A stretch of DNA of 64,000 nt from positions 199,020,001 to 199,084,000 of the forward strand of contig JBNRSN020000010.1 in the NCBI GenBank assembly GCA_051313645.2, in the 5' to 3' direction. Made by a program: the position numbers and the translations under genes. The stretch comes from Centroscyllium fabricii. Its lineage: Eukaryota. This document shows, one piece after another, positions 22,903-34,681 of the stretch (within the stretch, counting starts at the first letter, position 1; each line of letters begins with the position of its first letter). Below the pieces are notes generated by a model that saw nothing but the letters and a program-made list of their open reading frames with translations, was not told where the DNA came from and did not search any database.

Positions 22903-23531
22903 ACCCTTATTATATCCGCCTCTAATTTCCTGATTTACACTCTGTCCTACATTACAACTACTGCCATCCTCTTTTTCCATTTTGTCTATCTCTTCTAAAA
23001 GTTAAGTATCCTGGAATATTTAGTTCACACTTGAACCAGGGTTGGTCCCCTGGCTTGATGGTGAAGGTAGTGTGAGGAATATCCCATCAGTTGACAGATT
23101 GTGGTGGAATATAATTCTGCCGCTGCTGATGGCCCACAGTGCCTCAGATTTGAGCTGCTAGATCTGTTCTGAATCTATCCCAGTTAGCACCGTGGTAGAG
23201 CCACACAACAGCGTGTTCAGTGTGACGACAGGACTTCGTCTCCACAGGAACTGCGCGGTGGTCACTCATAGGTCAAATAGATTTTACCCTCGTGTTGGTT
23301 CTCTCAGCACCTGCCGCAAGCTCAGTCTGGCAGCTATGCCATTCAGGACTCGGCCAGCTCGGTCAACAGTAGTGCTACTGAGCCACCCTTGGTGATGGAC
23401 ATTGAAGTTCCCCACCCAAAGTACATTCTGTGCCCTTGCTGCCCTCAGTGCATCTTCCTAAGTGGTGTTCAACATGAAGAAGTACTGATTCATCAGTTGA
23501 AGGAGGGCGGTCGGTGGTAATCAGCAAGATG

Positions 23532-23900
23532 TATAGAAACTAGGAGCAGGAGTAGGCCATTCGGCCCTTCGAGCCTGATCATCCAAACCCAGTATCCCAC
23601 CCCTGCCCTCTCCCCATATCCCTCGATCCCTATCGAGCCTGCATCAACACATACCCCACCCTATCCCCGTAACCCCACATATTTAATCCCCCTAACACTA
23701 AGGGTCAATTTATCATGGCCAATCAACCTTCCCCGCACATCTTTGGACTGTGGGAGGAAACCGGAGCACCCGGAGGAAACCCACGCAGACACGGGGAGAA
23801 TGTGCAAACTCCACACAGATAGTACCCGAGGCAGGTTTTGAACCCGGGTCTCCAGTGCTGTGAGGCAACAATGCTAACCACTGTGCCACCGTGCCGCCCC
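23532..23900 (-). mobile_element. CR1-tailed V-SINE with small deletion in tail
   Basis: As 22501-22902. Confidence 0.85.
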
Positions 23901-24481
23901 TTAACCATGCTTGACCTGATGCAATGAGACTTCATGGGGTACAGAGTCAATGTTGAGGACTCCCAGTGCCACTCCCTCCCGACGGTATGTCACAGTGCCG
24001 CCACCTCTGGTGGGTCCGTCCTGCAGGTGGGACAGGTCATACCCAGGGATGGTGATGGAGGAGTCTGGGACGTTAGCTGAACAGTGTAATTCTGAGTATG
24101 ACTATGTCAGGCTGTTGTTTGACTAGTCTGTGGGACAGCTCTCCCAATTTTGGCACAAGTCCCCAGATGTTAATGAAAAGGACTTTGCAGGGTTGACTGG
24201 GCTGGGTGTGCCATTGCCGTGTCCGTAGCCGATGCCTAGATCGATGCCGGCCGATCCGTCCAGTTCTATTCTTACTGTTTTTCGTAGTGGTTTGATGCAA
24301 CTGAGTGGATTGCTAGACCATTTCAAAGGGCAGTTAAGAGTCAACCACATTGGATTGTGGATCCGGAGTCACTTCTAAGCCAGACTGGGACAGGGCGGCA
24401 GATTTCCATCCCTAAACGGCATGAGTGCACCAGTTGGGTTTTTACGACAATTTGGTAGTTTCACGGTCACGATTGCTGATA

Positions 24482-25013
24482 CAGGTTGTGCACCATTAAT
24501 CCGCCACGGGCGGGACCAGGCCCGTGCCGGGAAACAGAAAAAACCGGGAGAACGAGGTTGGACACTGCGCATGCGCACCATTCAAAATGGCCGCGCGCAT
24601 GCGCACAACATTGGGATTGGCTGGCGCGCGCATGCGCAGATCGGGCCCAGGTCCACCTTCGCTCTCCATCGCCTTTCGGGTTGCTGCTGCCGCCGAGCCG
24701 GACTCAGGCTGACAGCTGTTGCCTAGTGACTGTCCGCCTCAGTCACGGGGCTCAGCTGTCGAGAAAATAACCGGCGGCCGTATTGAATTATCTGCGCATG
24801 CGCTAACCGTCCGGCGACGCATGCGCAGATCATTCAAAACACCCGGCAGCTGTTTTGAATGATCTGCGCATGCGCTGGGCGCATGCGCAGATCATTCGCT
24901 GAAGCCACGATGGCGGCGGCCATCTTGCGCATGCGCAGTGCAGTCGGGGCAATTTGTGCCGGCAGACTGAAGCTGCCGGCTATTCGGGACACGGATTTTC
25001 GGTGCACAACCTG
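24482..25013. mobile_element. TA-flanked MITE rich in GCGCATGCGC
   Basis: TIRs CAGGTTGTGCACC / GGTGCACAACCTG with TA on both sides. Confidence 0.88.
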
Positions 25014-25509
25014 TACTGAATTTTGCCCTAAACAAACGGGTGGGTTTGCAGCATGGATTGGGGGTGGGGGGGGGGGAGGTTAAATTATTAGCTATCGGAT
25101 TCCCAACCTGATTCCACCTCCAACCCGCCCACTTCCGGTTTTAACGGGGGCGGGACAGGGGTGAGCGACCAATCCGCTCCCAGGGGGGCGGAACGTAAAT
25201 TTAAATATAATGAGGCTGCAAGCCTCTTTTTAACCTCCATTTTAAATTGAACTCAGGTGGGTAATGCTGGTCCGGGAGGTAATTGGACCCAGGACCCCCT
25301 GCCTAAGCTATCCCCCTCATGAAGCCTCCGATCGCCGCCTCAGGCCCCTGATCACCACCATGAGGGTTCACCACCCCCCATCGATGGTGCTGAGGTCTGC
25401 CCCAATCCTCTTGACCCCACTGCCAATTCCGCAGGCGGCCTCACCAACTGACCCACTCACCCCGGCGACCCCTGAACCCCCACCTGACCCTGGACCCCCC
25501 GAATCCCAA

Positions 25510-28500
25510 TAATGACCCCATCCCCAACCCCCCACCCTCAATACTGCCCCCACCCCAATACTGCCCCCACCCCCCGATACTGCCCCCACCCCCCGATACT
25601 GCTCCCCACCCCGATACTACCCCCCACCCTCGATACTGCCCCGTTACTGCTCCCCCACCGCCCGATACTGACCCAATCCCCGATACTGACCACGCATCCC
25701 CCATACTGCCCCCCACCCCCGATACTGCCCCCACCCCCGATACTGCCCCCCACTCCCGATACTGCCCACATCCCCCCGATACTGACCCCGATACCCCGAT
25801 ACTGTCCCCCGATACTGCCCCCCAACCCCCGATACTGACCCCCATCCCCGATACTGCCCCCCACCCCCGATACTAACCCCACCCCCGATACTGCCCCATC
25901 CCCCCGATACTGCCCCATCCCCCGATACTGCCCCATCCCCGATACTGCCCCCAACCCCCGATACTGCCCCCCACCCCCCGATACTGCCCCCCATACGGCA
26001 ATACTGCCCCCCACCCCCCGATACTGCCCCCGCACCATCGCGATACTGCCCCCCACACCCCAATCCCCGCCCCCACTCCCGATACTGCCCCCAGCCCCCA
26101 ATACTGCCCCCCACCCCCCGATACTGCCCCCACTCCCCAATACTGCCCCAACCCCCAATACTGCCACCCACCCCGGATACTGCCCCCCACCCCCGATACT
26201 GCCCCCCACCCCCGATACTGCCCCTCACCCCCCCGATACCGGCCCCATCCCCGATACTGCCCCCCACCCCCCGATACTGCCCCAACCGCCGATACTGTCG
26301 CCCACCCGATACTGCCCCCACCCCCGATACTGCCCCCACCCCCCGATACCGCCCGCACCCCCGATACTGACCCCCCACCCCCGATACTGTCCCCACCCCT
26401 GATACTGCCCCCAACCCGATACTGCCCCACCCCTGATACTGCCCCCATCCCCCTGATACTGCCCTCACCACCCGCTACTGTCCCCCCCCCAGATACTGGC
26501 CCCCCATACCCCGATACAGACCCCAATCCCCTGATACTGCCCCACAAACCCCCGATACTGCACCCCCACCCACGAAACTGCCACCCATCCTCCGAAACTG
26601 TGCCCCACACCCCCGATACTGCCCTCATCCCCCGATAATGCCCCACCCCCCCGATACTGCCCCCCACCCCCGATACTGCCCCCCACCCCCCGATACTTCC
26701 CCCCCACCCGCCAGATACTGCCCCCGCCCCCGATATTGCCCCCACCCCCCGATACTGCCCCCACCCCCGATACTGCCCTCACCCCCGATACTGCCCCCAC
26801 CCCCGATACTACACCCCACCTCCCGATACTGCCCCATCCCCCGATACTGCCCCACCCCTTGATACTGACCCCTGCCCCTTATACAGCCCCCCGTCCACCG
26901 ATACTGACCCCACCCCTGATACTAACCCCCACCCCCCATACTGACCCCCAGCCCCAATACTGACTCCACCCCTGATACTGACCCCCACCCCACGATACTG
27001 CCCCCCACCCCCGATACTGCCCCCCACCCCCGATATTGCCCCCACCCCCCAATACTGCCCTCACCCCCGATACTGCCCCCACCCTCGATACTGCCCCCCA
27101 CCCCCCGATACTGCCCCCGATATTAACCCCCTCCCCCGATACTGCACCCCACCCCCGATACTGCCCCATCCCCCGATATTGCCCCACCCCTTGATACTGA
27201 CCCTTGCCCCTGATACTGCCCCCCACCCACCGATACTGACCCCACCCCTGATACTAAACCCCACCCCCGATACTGACTCTCAGCCCCGATACTGACTCCA
27301 CCCCGATACTGACCCCCACCCCACGACACTGACACCCACCCCCGATACTGACTCCACCCCTGATACTGACCCCCACCCCACGATACTGACACCCACCCCC
27401 GATACTGCTCCCCACCCCCGATACTCCCCCACCCCTGATACTGACCCCTGCCTCCGATACTGCTCCCACCCCCCGATACTGACCCCTGCCTCTGATACTG
27501 CCCCCCACCCCCGATACTGCCCCCACCCCCGATACTGACTCCCCACCCCCGATACTGACTCCCCACCCCCGATACTGACTCCCCACCCCCGATACTGACT
27601 CCCCATCCCCCGGCACTGCCCCCACCCCCCGATACTGCCCCCATCCCCCTGATACTGCCCCCAGCCCCCTGATACTGCCCCCCAATACTGCCCCCCTCCC
27701 CGATACTGCCCTCACCACCCGCTACTGTCCCCCACCCCCCCCCCCTGATACTGCCCCCCATCCCCCGATACTGCCCCCCATCTCCCGATACTGCCACCCA
27801 CCCCCTGATACTGCCCCCCCCGATACTGGCCCCCATCCCCCGATACTGCCCTCATCCCCCGATACTGCCCCACCCTCCGATACTGCCCCCAACCCCCGAT
27901 ACTGCCCCCAACCCCCGATACTGCCCCATCCCCCGATACTGCCCCCACCCCGCGATACTGCCCCCCATCCCCCTGATACTGCCCCCCACCCTCCAATACA
28001 TACAGCCCCACCCCGATACTGCCCCCCACCTCCCCGATACTGACCTCGTCCCCCGATAATGCCCCATCCGCCGATACTGCCCTCAGCCCCCGATACTGCT
28101 CCCCACCCCCGATACTATCCTCCACTCGATACTGCCCCCCACCCCCCGATACTGCCCCCAATCGCCAGATATTGCCCCCCACCCCCCGATACTGCCCCCA
28201 CTCCCCAATACAGACCCCACCCCCGATACTGCCCCCACCCCCGATACTGACCCCCCATCGCCGATACTGCCCCCCACTCTGATACTGCACCCCGATACTA
28301 CCCCCACCCCCGATACTACCCCCACCCCCGATACTGCCCCCCCACCCCCCGATACTGACTCCCCACCCCCCCAATACTGACTCCCCACCCCCCGATACTG
28401 ACTCCCCACCCCCCGATACTGCCCCCCACCACCCCGATACTGACTCCCCACCCCCGATACCGACCCCCATCTCCGATACTGCCCCCCACTCTGATACTGC

Positions 28501-28635
28501 ACCCCGATACTACCCCCACTCCCGATACTACCCCCACCCCCGATACTGACTCCTGACCCCGCGATACTGACCCCCGCCCCCCCGATACTGACTCCCCACC
28601 CCCGATACTGCCCCCCACCCCCGATACTGGCCCCC
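25510..28635. repeat. C-rich minisatellite, ~17-20-bp unit (ccccgatactgcccccca), ~3.1 kb
   Basis: Conserved GATACTG core separated by variable C-runs. Confidence 0.97.
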
Positions 28636-29222
28636 TGAGGCTTCCTGCGGGTGCAAGCCTCCAACGCACACTTACGGAGAGCACCTGCCGTTCTCCTCTT
28701 CTGGGATTTGAAATCCCGATTCCAGGCCCTGCTCCAGGCCCCACGCGTCGCGCTGAGGCAACTCAGCATCAGAGTTAGTAGGGAAGCTCCGCGGGGAGCC
28801 AATCACAGGAAAGAATCCTCCATTCATAACTTTGACAGAGAGATCTGTCAAAGTTAAGAAATGGAAGAGACCCACAAACACACTAAACATTAAAATAATT
28901 TTTTTTAAACACCACATTTTTTAACATTACTATCACTAACATAAATTACCTATTTTAAACAAAAGTAAAAATGTTGAAAATATATTTTATGTTTTTAACT
29001 GGGTTAAAAAACTACTTACCTTTGTTTAAATTATTTAAAAATAAAAAACCTGTAAAAAAAACACTCCGGCTCCTGACCACCGCCCCCCCCTACCCTAGAC
29101 CCGGCATCGGAAGTGCTGGTTTTGTGCGCATGCTCGGTGCACGCACAGAACCAGCACTTCCGAGGGGCGCACGCGTGAGTACACCGTCCGTACTCGCGCG
29201 ATGTGGCCCTAATTTCTGGGCC
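28636..29222. mobile_element. Family X MITE lacking its left end
   Basis: Colinear with 43078-43823; right TIR ccctaatttctgggcc. Confidence 0.75.
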
Positions 29223-29335
29223 TGTGTTTCTCTCTCCACTGATGCTGCCTGGCCTGCTGAGTTTTTCCAGCAGTTTTTGTTGTTATTTTGACCATTAACA
29301 TAGGTAGCAGATGATGATCCATTAGTGTCAGTAAC

Positions 29336-29750
29336 ACAAAAACAGGATGCCCAGAGAAATGAGCTATTAGGAGGTGGGGAGTGTGATCAAACGCTTTGTC
29401 AAAGACTTGGAACATAAGGAGGGCCTCAGGAAAATGCTCAAATGCCCAATTGCTCAAAATGTGCCGGTTATAATTACAGAGAAAAACAGTTTCCAGTAAT
29501 ACAGTTGCAAATAGATTGAATTATCACCAGTCGTTATAATGGTGATCGATGGGATGTAATATCCAATGGAAAATCGGGAGACTGTTTTTCTCTGTAATTA
29601 TAACCGGCACATTTTGAGCAATTGGGCATTTTAGTCGAGTGGGTTTGATCATTTTCCTAAGGCCCTCCTTATATTCCAAGTCTTTGTCAAAGCGTTTGAT
29701 CACACTCCCCACCTCCTAATAGCTCCTTTCTCTGGGCATCGTCTTTTTGT
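29336..29750. repeat. Long inverted repeat (arms 29336-29494 and 29577-29750, ~82-nt loop)
   Basis: For example aaatgcccaattgctcaaaatgtgccggttataattacagagaaaaacagt and its exact reverse complement. Confidence 0.95.
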
Positions 29751-30262
29751 CTGATCACGCAGGATCTTCAAATTCAAAATCGTTGTTGTGTTTTTTCAGT
29801 AAATGTAAAAGAGCAGGCAATCTTTATTTTTCCCCCCCGCAGCGAGGAACGAATTCCCTGCCGGCAGTGTCGGTGACAGATACATGTACAGCGGGGTGAG
29901 GAGTGACAGTGCAATATACGTTGATAAAGGGCAAGAGATTCACAAAAGACAATTCTTGCAATGTTTCTCCTTGCTGCGTGAGTTTCCCAGCTGTCAGGTT
30001 CGATGTGCAGAGTGACAGCTCTAGATATTCCACTCAGAGAGTTACCCCGGCTGCCGGGACGGAGAGAGGAAAGCTGAATCAATGATGTTTGCACATTGAC
30101 TGTCTGTGTTGCCTCAAAGATAAGGCTGCATGTTGAAGCATTATTAAATGCAGCCTAAAAAAAAACCCTCACATCAGTTGTATCCACGGCAAACACAGTG
30201 TGGAAATGCCGCCTGATCAACGTTTTTTTTACTGAATTAAAATTCAGCCCGTCGCTGTATTT

Positions 30263-31361
30263 ATAGAATATAGAACATAGAACATACAGCACTGTACAGG
30301 CCCTTGGGCCCTCAATGTAGTGCCGCGCTTAGTCCGTCTCTGATTTTTCCTGTCCCCCCTACTCTTCCTTCCCCTCCATGTACCTATCTATCATCCTTTT
30401 AAAAGCTCCCAGACTGTCCGCTTCCACTATTTCAGATGGTAGCCTATTCCACACCCCGACCACTCTCTGTGTAAAGGCCCTGTCACACCTAGACGATTTA
30501 GCCAGCGTATGCAAATTTGGCTAAAACGCTGGTTTACGTCGGATACGTTATGGGTACGTTATGCATACGTTAAGAGCACGTTGCCATACGCTGGACATAC
30601 GTTGTATACGTCGTTGAATGTCGAGTAAGTCGAGATTTTTTGTGCATGCACAAAAAATCACGACGTATCAATGTTACGATTTATACGTTCCGCATACGCT
30701 GGCCATACGTTGTAGGCACGTTAGGCGATCGTTGAACACACATTACCTTGCCCCTGTCATGCCCTGTCACACCTTGACGATTTAAGCTAGCGTTTTCCAA
30801 TTTATCAAAATTTATCTAAAACGTCGGCGATACGCTGCCGCGCGCTATGCATACGTTAGACTATCGTTGGGCATAAGTTGTGAACGCTAAGCATTCGTTG
30901 GTATAAGTTATCTGTAAGTTATTGATATGCTCTGTGTACGTTACTAATACGATACGTCCAATACGTTATGAATACGCTATTATACGCCCAAAACTGAAAA
31001 AAAAGGTCAAAAGTTCAGCGTTTTAGCCAAATTTGCATACGCTGGCTAAAACGTCTAGGTGTGACAGGGCCTTTAAGAACTTGCCCCTGCCATCCCTTCT
31101 GAATCTTCCTCCTTGAATCTTGTGTTCGTGCCCTCTTGTTGTCGTTCTTCCCACCCGGGGAAACAGTCTCTGCACGTTTACTCTATCAATCCCCTTCATC
31201 ATCTTAAACATCTCTATTAAGTCCCCCCTCTTCCTTCTCCGCTCCAGGGAGAAGAGTCCCAGCTCCCTCAACCTCTCCTCGTACGACTTTCCCCCCATTC
31301 CCGGCAGCATCCTGGCGAATCTCCTCTGTACCCTCTCCAACGCCTCCACATCCCTCCTGTA
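30263..31361 (-). mobile_element. CR1 3' part, same young family as 39939-41866
   Basis: Near-identical YYRRDVEALERVQRR...RRDGRGKF. TSD gtattt. Confidence 0.9.
30475..31072. mobile_element. PIF/Harbinger-type MITE
   Basis: ~55-bp TIR AGGCCCTGTCACACCTAGACG..TTAGCCAGCGTATGCAAATTTGGCTAAAACGCTG, flanked by TAA/TTA. Confidence 0.88.
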
Positions 31362-31902
31362 GTATTTGATTAACAACAGAAAATGCTGGAAAAACTCAGC
31401 AGGCCAGGCAACATCCGTGGAGAGAAATCCGAGTCGACGTTTCGACTCGGGACAGAAATTCGGGTTGGAGGCTTCCCGCGAGTGCAAGCCTCCAACCCAC
31501 GCTTACCTACCGCGCCGGCCATTCAGCAATGCACCCGCCTGAAATCCCGATGTTAAGCCCTCGTGAAGTGTCGGCGCGCCGCGCTCCTGGATCTGAACGG
31601 TGCAGTTAGTGCGAGATATTGCGCGGAGAGCCAATCAGAGCACAGAATGCTACATTCATATGTTTGACAGGAAGACCTGTCAAACTTATGAATACGACAG
31701 CCCCAAAACCTCAGTAAATCCTAAAATAATTTTTTTTGAATCACATTTAAAAAAATAACTTAATTACATAAATTAGCTATGATAAACAAAAATTAAAAAT
31801 TAAAAAAAAAAAAAAGTATTTAACAGGGCTAAAAAATCAACTTACCTTTCTTTAAAGTATTTAAAAATGAAAAACCTGTGGATAATTTTTTTTTAATTGA
31901 AT

Positions 31903-32640
31903 GGGCCAGAAATTCCAGTCTGCGAGCGCACCAGAGCTTAAACCCGCAGGAAGCAGCCGTTTGCGCTGCTTCAGTCATTCCTGTGCCGGCCAGCGGGGGG
32001 GTTGGAGTTCCTGCGAGGGCTAGCGCAGGAACCATCGAACTACGGGGTGCGTCCAGTCATTCCGTTTTTTAAAAAACTTTTTCTACGGACCAAGACCAGG
32101 AGATTCTACGCTGGAAAAAAGCAATCGTAAGTAGCCGCTTTTATCTGGTAAGTGTGTATTTTATTCATTTTAATTGGGTTTTTTTCAGGTTTTTAATTGT
32201 TGATAACTTTAAAGACAGGTAAGTATTTTTTTAGACCTGTTAGAAGTTGAATAATTTTTCTGTAAATTTTTATTTTTTCTTTAAAATGGGTTATTTGTGT
32301 TAGTTGAGGTAATGTTAAAAAATGTGGTGTTTTTAAAATTTTATTTTTGAGTTTAGATGTCTTTTGGTTAATCTCTCCTTTCAAAACTTGCACAGATTTC
32401 TCAGTGGAAATTTTGAACGGAGGACTGCTTCCACTGATTGGCTCCCTGCCAATCAGGTGGTCTCAAAAGCCATCTCGCACTAATTACGCCCTTCAGATGC
32501 CCATGAAGCTCGCACGGAGCTCTGACAGGCTGGGCTAACTGCAATTCCTGAGTGCAAAAAAGCAAACCTGAATATGGGCAGTTCAAGTGCAACTAGCAGG
32601 CACTGCACCCGCACGAAGGCGCCACTGCAATTTCTGGGCC
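31903..32640. mobile_element. X-related MITE (Z), 3-bp TSD
   Basis: TIRs gggccagaaattccagt / actgcaatttctgggcc. TSD AAT. Confidence 0.8.
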
Positions 32641-32892
32641 AATGAATTCACCACTTACCTTCTGAAAAGGGGTCTTTGCGCTTGAAAGAAGCAGACGTAT
32701 CTTTCTCCATACTTACCCGGATAAAAACCTGTGAAAAAAATCACAAGTGCCGCGCACCCGCTGCTGCGCACGCGTTCCGATCCCTGACCCCTTCTTTGAG
32801 GGGATCGGAAGTGCCGGAGACGCGCGCATGCGGGGTGCATGCCGAAAACTGCCACTTCCGATGGGCCTACGGGTGAGTACCCAGCGCATACT

Positions 32893-33159
32893 TGAGATGC
32901 CTCAAATCGAAGACGGCAGCGAGTTCTTAAATAAGTGGCTTTTATTAACAAGGAACTGAACCGTGTCCCCGATGAGCAAGCCCGGAATGAGAGATAAGTG
33001 GGCGGAGCATTCTCCTTTATACTAGTACCCAGAGGCGGGGTCAGCTGGTACAGGTCCTCACAGAAAGGGTACAGATATTAACAGATATATAACAAACACA
33101 TGAAACAAAACTATATACAATAACCGTACAGTGTGAACCACCCCAAAAGGTTCATCACA
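32893..33159 (-). mobile_element. Solo LTR
   Basis: TG...CA ends and 5-bp TSD atact. tataaag and aataaaa on the minus strand. Confidence 0.85.
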
Positions 33160-33687
33160 ATACTCACCCGGGGCGATCGGAATTTCTGGCTCATATATAT
33201 TTCTCTCCATGGATGCTGCCTGGCCTGCTGAGTTTTTCCAGCATTTTCTGTTGTTATTTCGGGTTTCCAGCATCCGCAGTATTTTGCTATCGTGCTGTAT
33301 TTGATTAATTGGACCTCGTGCATCATTTTCAACAGTAACAAAAGCCTTGGGTAAGGAATAACTCCCATCTTATCAATGCATTGTTTCCCCACCGCCCCGC
33401 CCCCACCTCCCCCCGCCATACACTCTTTAATGAAATGGCTCAGTAATGATGATAAATGCTAAGAGTGAGGATCTTTACATTACCGCTGCGGAGTCCCCAT
33501 TCATTTACATTAAGAATCAGAGGCACTATTTAATTAGGTCTGCTACCTGATCGAAATGACATTCAGATGCTCCCTCATGAGGAATTTGGTTCAGCCTCTT
33601 GATGGTGGAAAGCCGCAGCCTGCAGTGACTGAGTGGGGAGCTGCGGTCCGCATGGTGGGATTCAACATTACAAATAGTTCGGGGAAA

Positions 33688-34086
33688 CATAGAAACATAG
33701 AAGATAGGAGCAGGAGTAGGCCATTCGGCCCTTCGAGCCTGCTCCGCCATTCAATGAGATCATGGCTGATCATCCAAACCCAGTACCCCGTCCCTGCCTT
33801 GTCCCCATATCCCTCGATCCCTAGCGAGCCTGCACCCACACATATCCCACCCTATCCCCGTAACCCCACATTTTCAATTCCCCTAACACTAAGGGTCAAT
33901 TTATCATGGTCAATCAACCTAACCCGCACATCTTTGGACTGTGGGAGGAAACCGGAGCACCCGGAGGAAACCCACGCAGACACGGGGAGAATGTGCAAAC
34001 TCCACACAGATAGTACCCGAGGCTGGATTTGAACCCAGGTCTCCAGAGCTGTGAAGCAACAGTGCTTACCACTATGCCACCGTGCC
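33688..34086 (-). mobile_element. CR1-tailed V-SINE
   Basis: As 22501-22902. Confidence 0.88.
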
Positions 34087-34681
34087 GAGGAGCAGCACCT
34101 CATCTTCCGATTCGGCACTTTAGAGTCATAGAGAGTTATACAGCACAGAAAGAGGCCCTTCGGCCCATCGTGTCCGCATTGTCCATCAAGCCCTGTCTAT
34201 TCTAATCCCATTTTCCAGCATTTGGTCCGTAGCCTTGTATGCTATGGCATTTCAAGTGCTCATCTAAATGCTTCTTGAATGTTGTGAGGGTTCCTGCCTC
34301 TACCGCCCTTTCAGGCAGTGAGTTCCAGATTCCAACCACCCGCTGGGTGAAAAAAGTTCCTCCTCAAATCCCCTTTAAACCTCCTGCCCCTTACCTTGAA
34401 ACTATGCCCCCTGGTTATTGACCCCTCTACTAAGGGGAAAAGTTCCTTTCTATCTACCCTATCTATGCCCCTCATAATTTTGTACACCTCAATAAGGTCC
34501 CCCCTCAGCCTTCTCTGCTCCAAGGAAAACAACCCCAGCCTGTCCAGTCTCTCTTCATAGCTGAAGCGCTCCAGCCCAGGTAACATCCTGGTGAATCTCC
34601 TCTGCACCCTCTCCAAAGCAATCACATCCTTCCTATGGTGTGGTGATCAGAACTGCACACAGTACTGCAGCTGTGGTCTTA

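Larger units (their letters stand above)
16435..23025 (-). mobile_element. Long fragmented CR1 ORF2 nested in the LINE above, carrying many younger insertions
   Basis: Colinear pieces include ISKFADNTKLGG (17760-17815), [11 protein letters not shown]...[10 protein letters not shown] (18230-18490) and upstream ORF2 sequence (20290-20720, 22080-23020). Confidence 0.8.
14428..24480 (-). mobile_element. Near-full-length degenerate CR1/L2-group LINE in two pieces (14428-16430 and 23030-24480)
   Basis: APE N-terminus INIWGLVPKLGELSHRLVKQQPDIVIL (~24100-24190). [22 protein letters not shown] (~15300-15430). The 3' tail is also seen at 57350-57785. Confidence 0.8.
31449..33192. mobile_element. Family X MITE with two nested insertions, between inverted PLE pLTR pieces (31374-31448, 33195-33296)
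   Basis: Ends gggacagaaattc / gaatttctggctc; colinear with 43078-43823. Confidence 0.75.

Noticed and set aside
25368-28802. Many Gly-rich or Pro-rich ORFs
   Set aside because: They are translations of the C-rich satellite in several frames.
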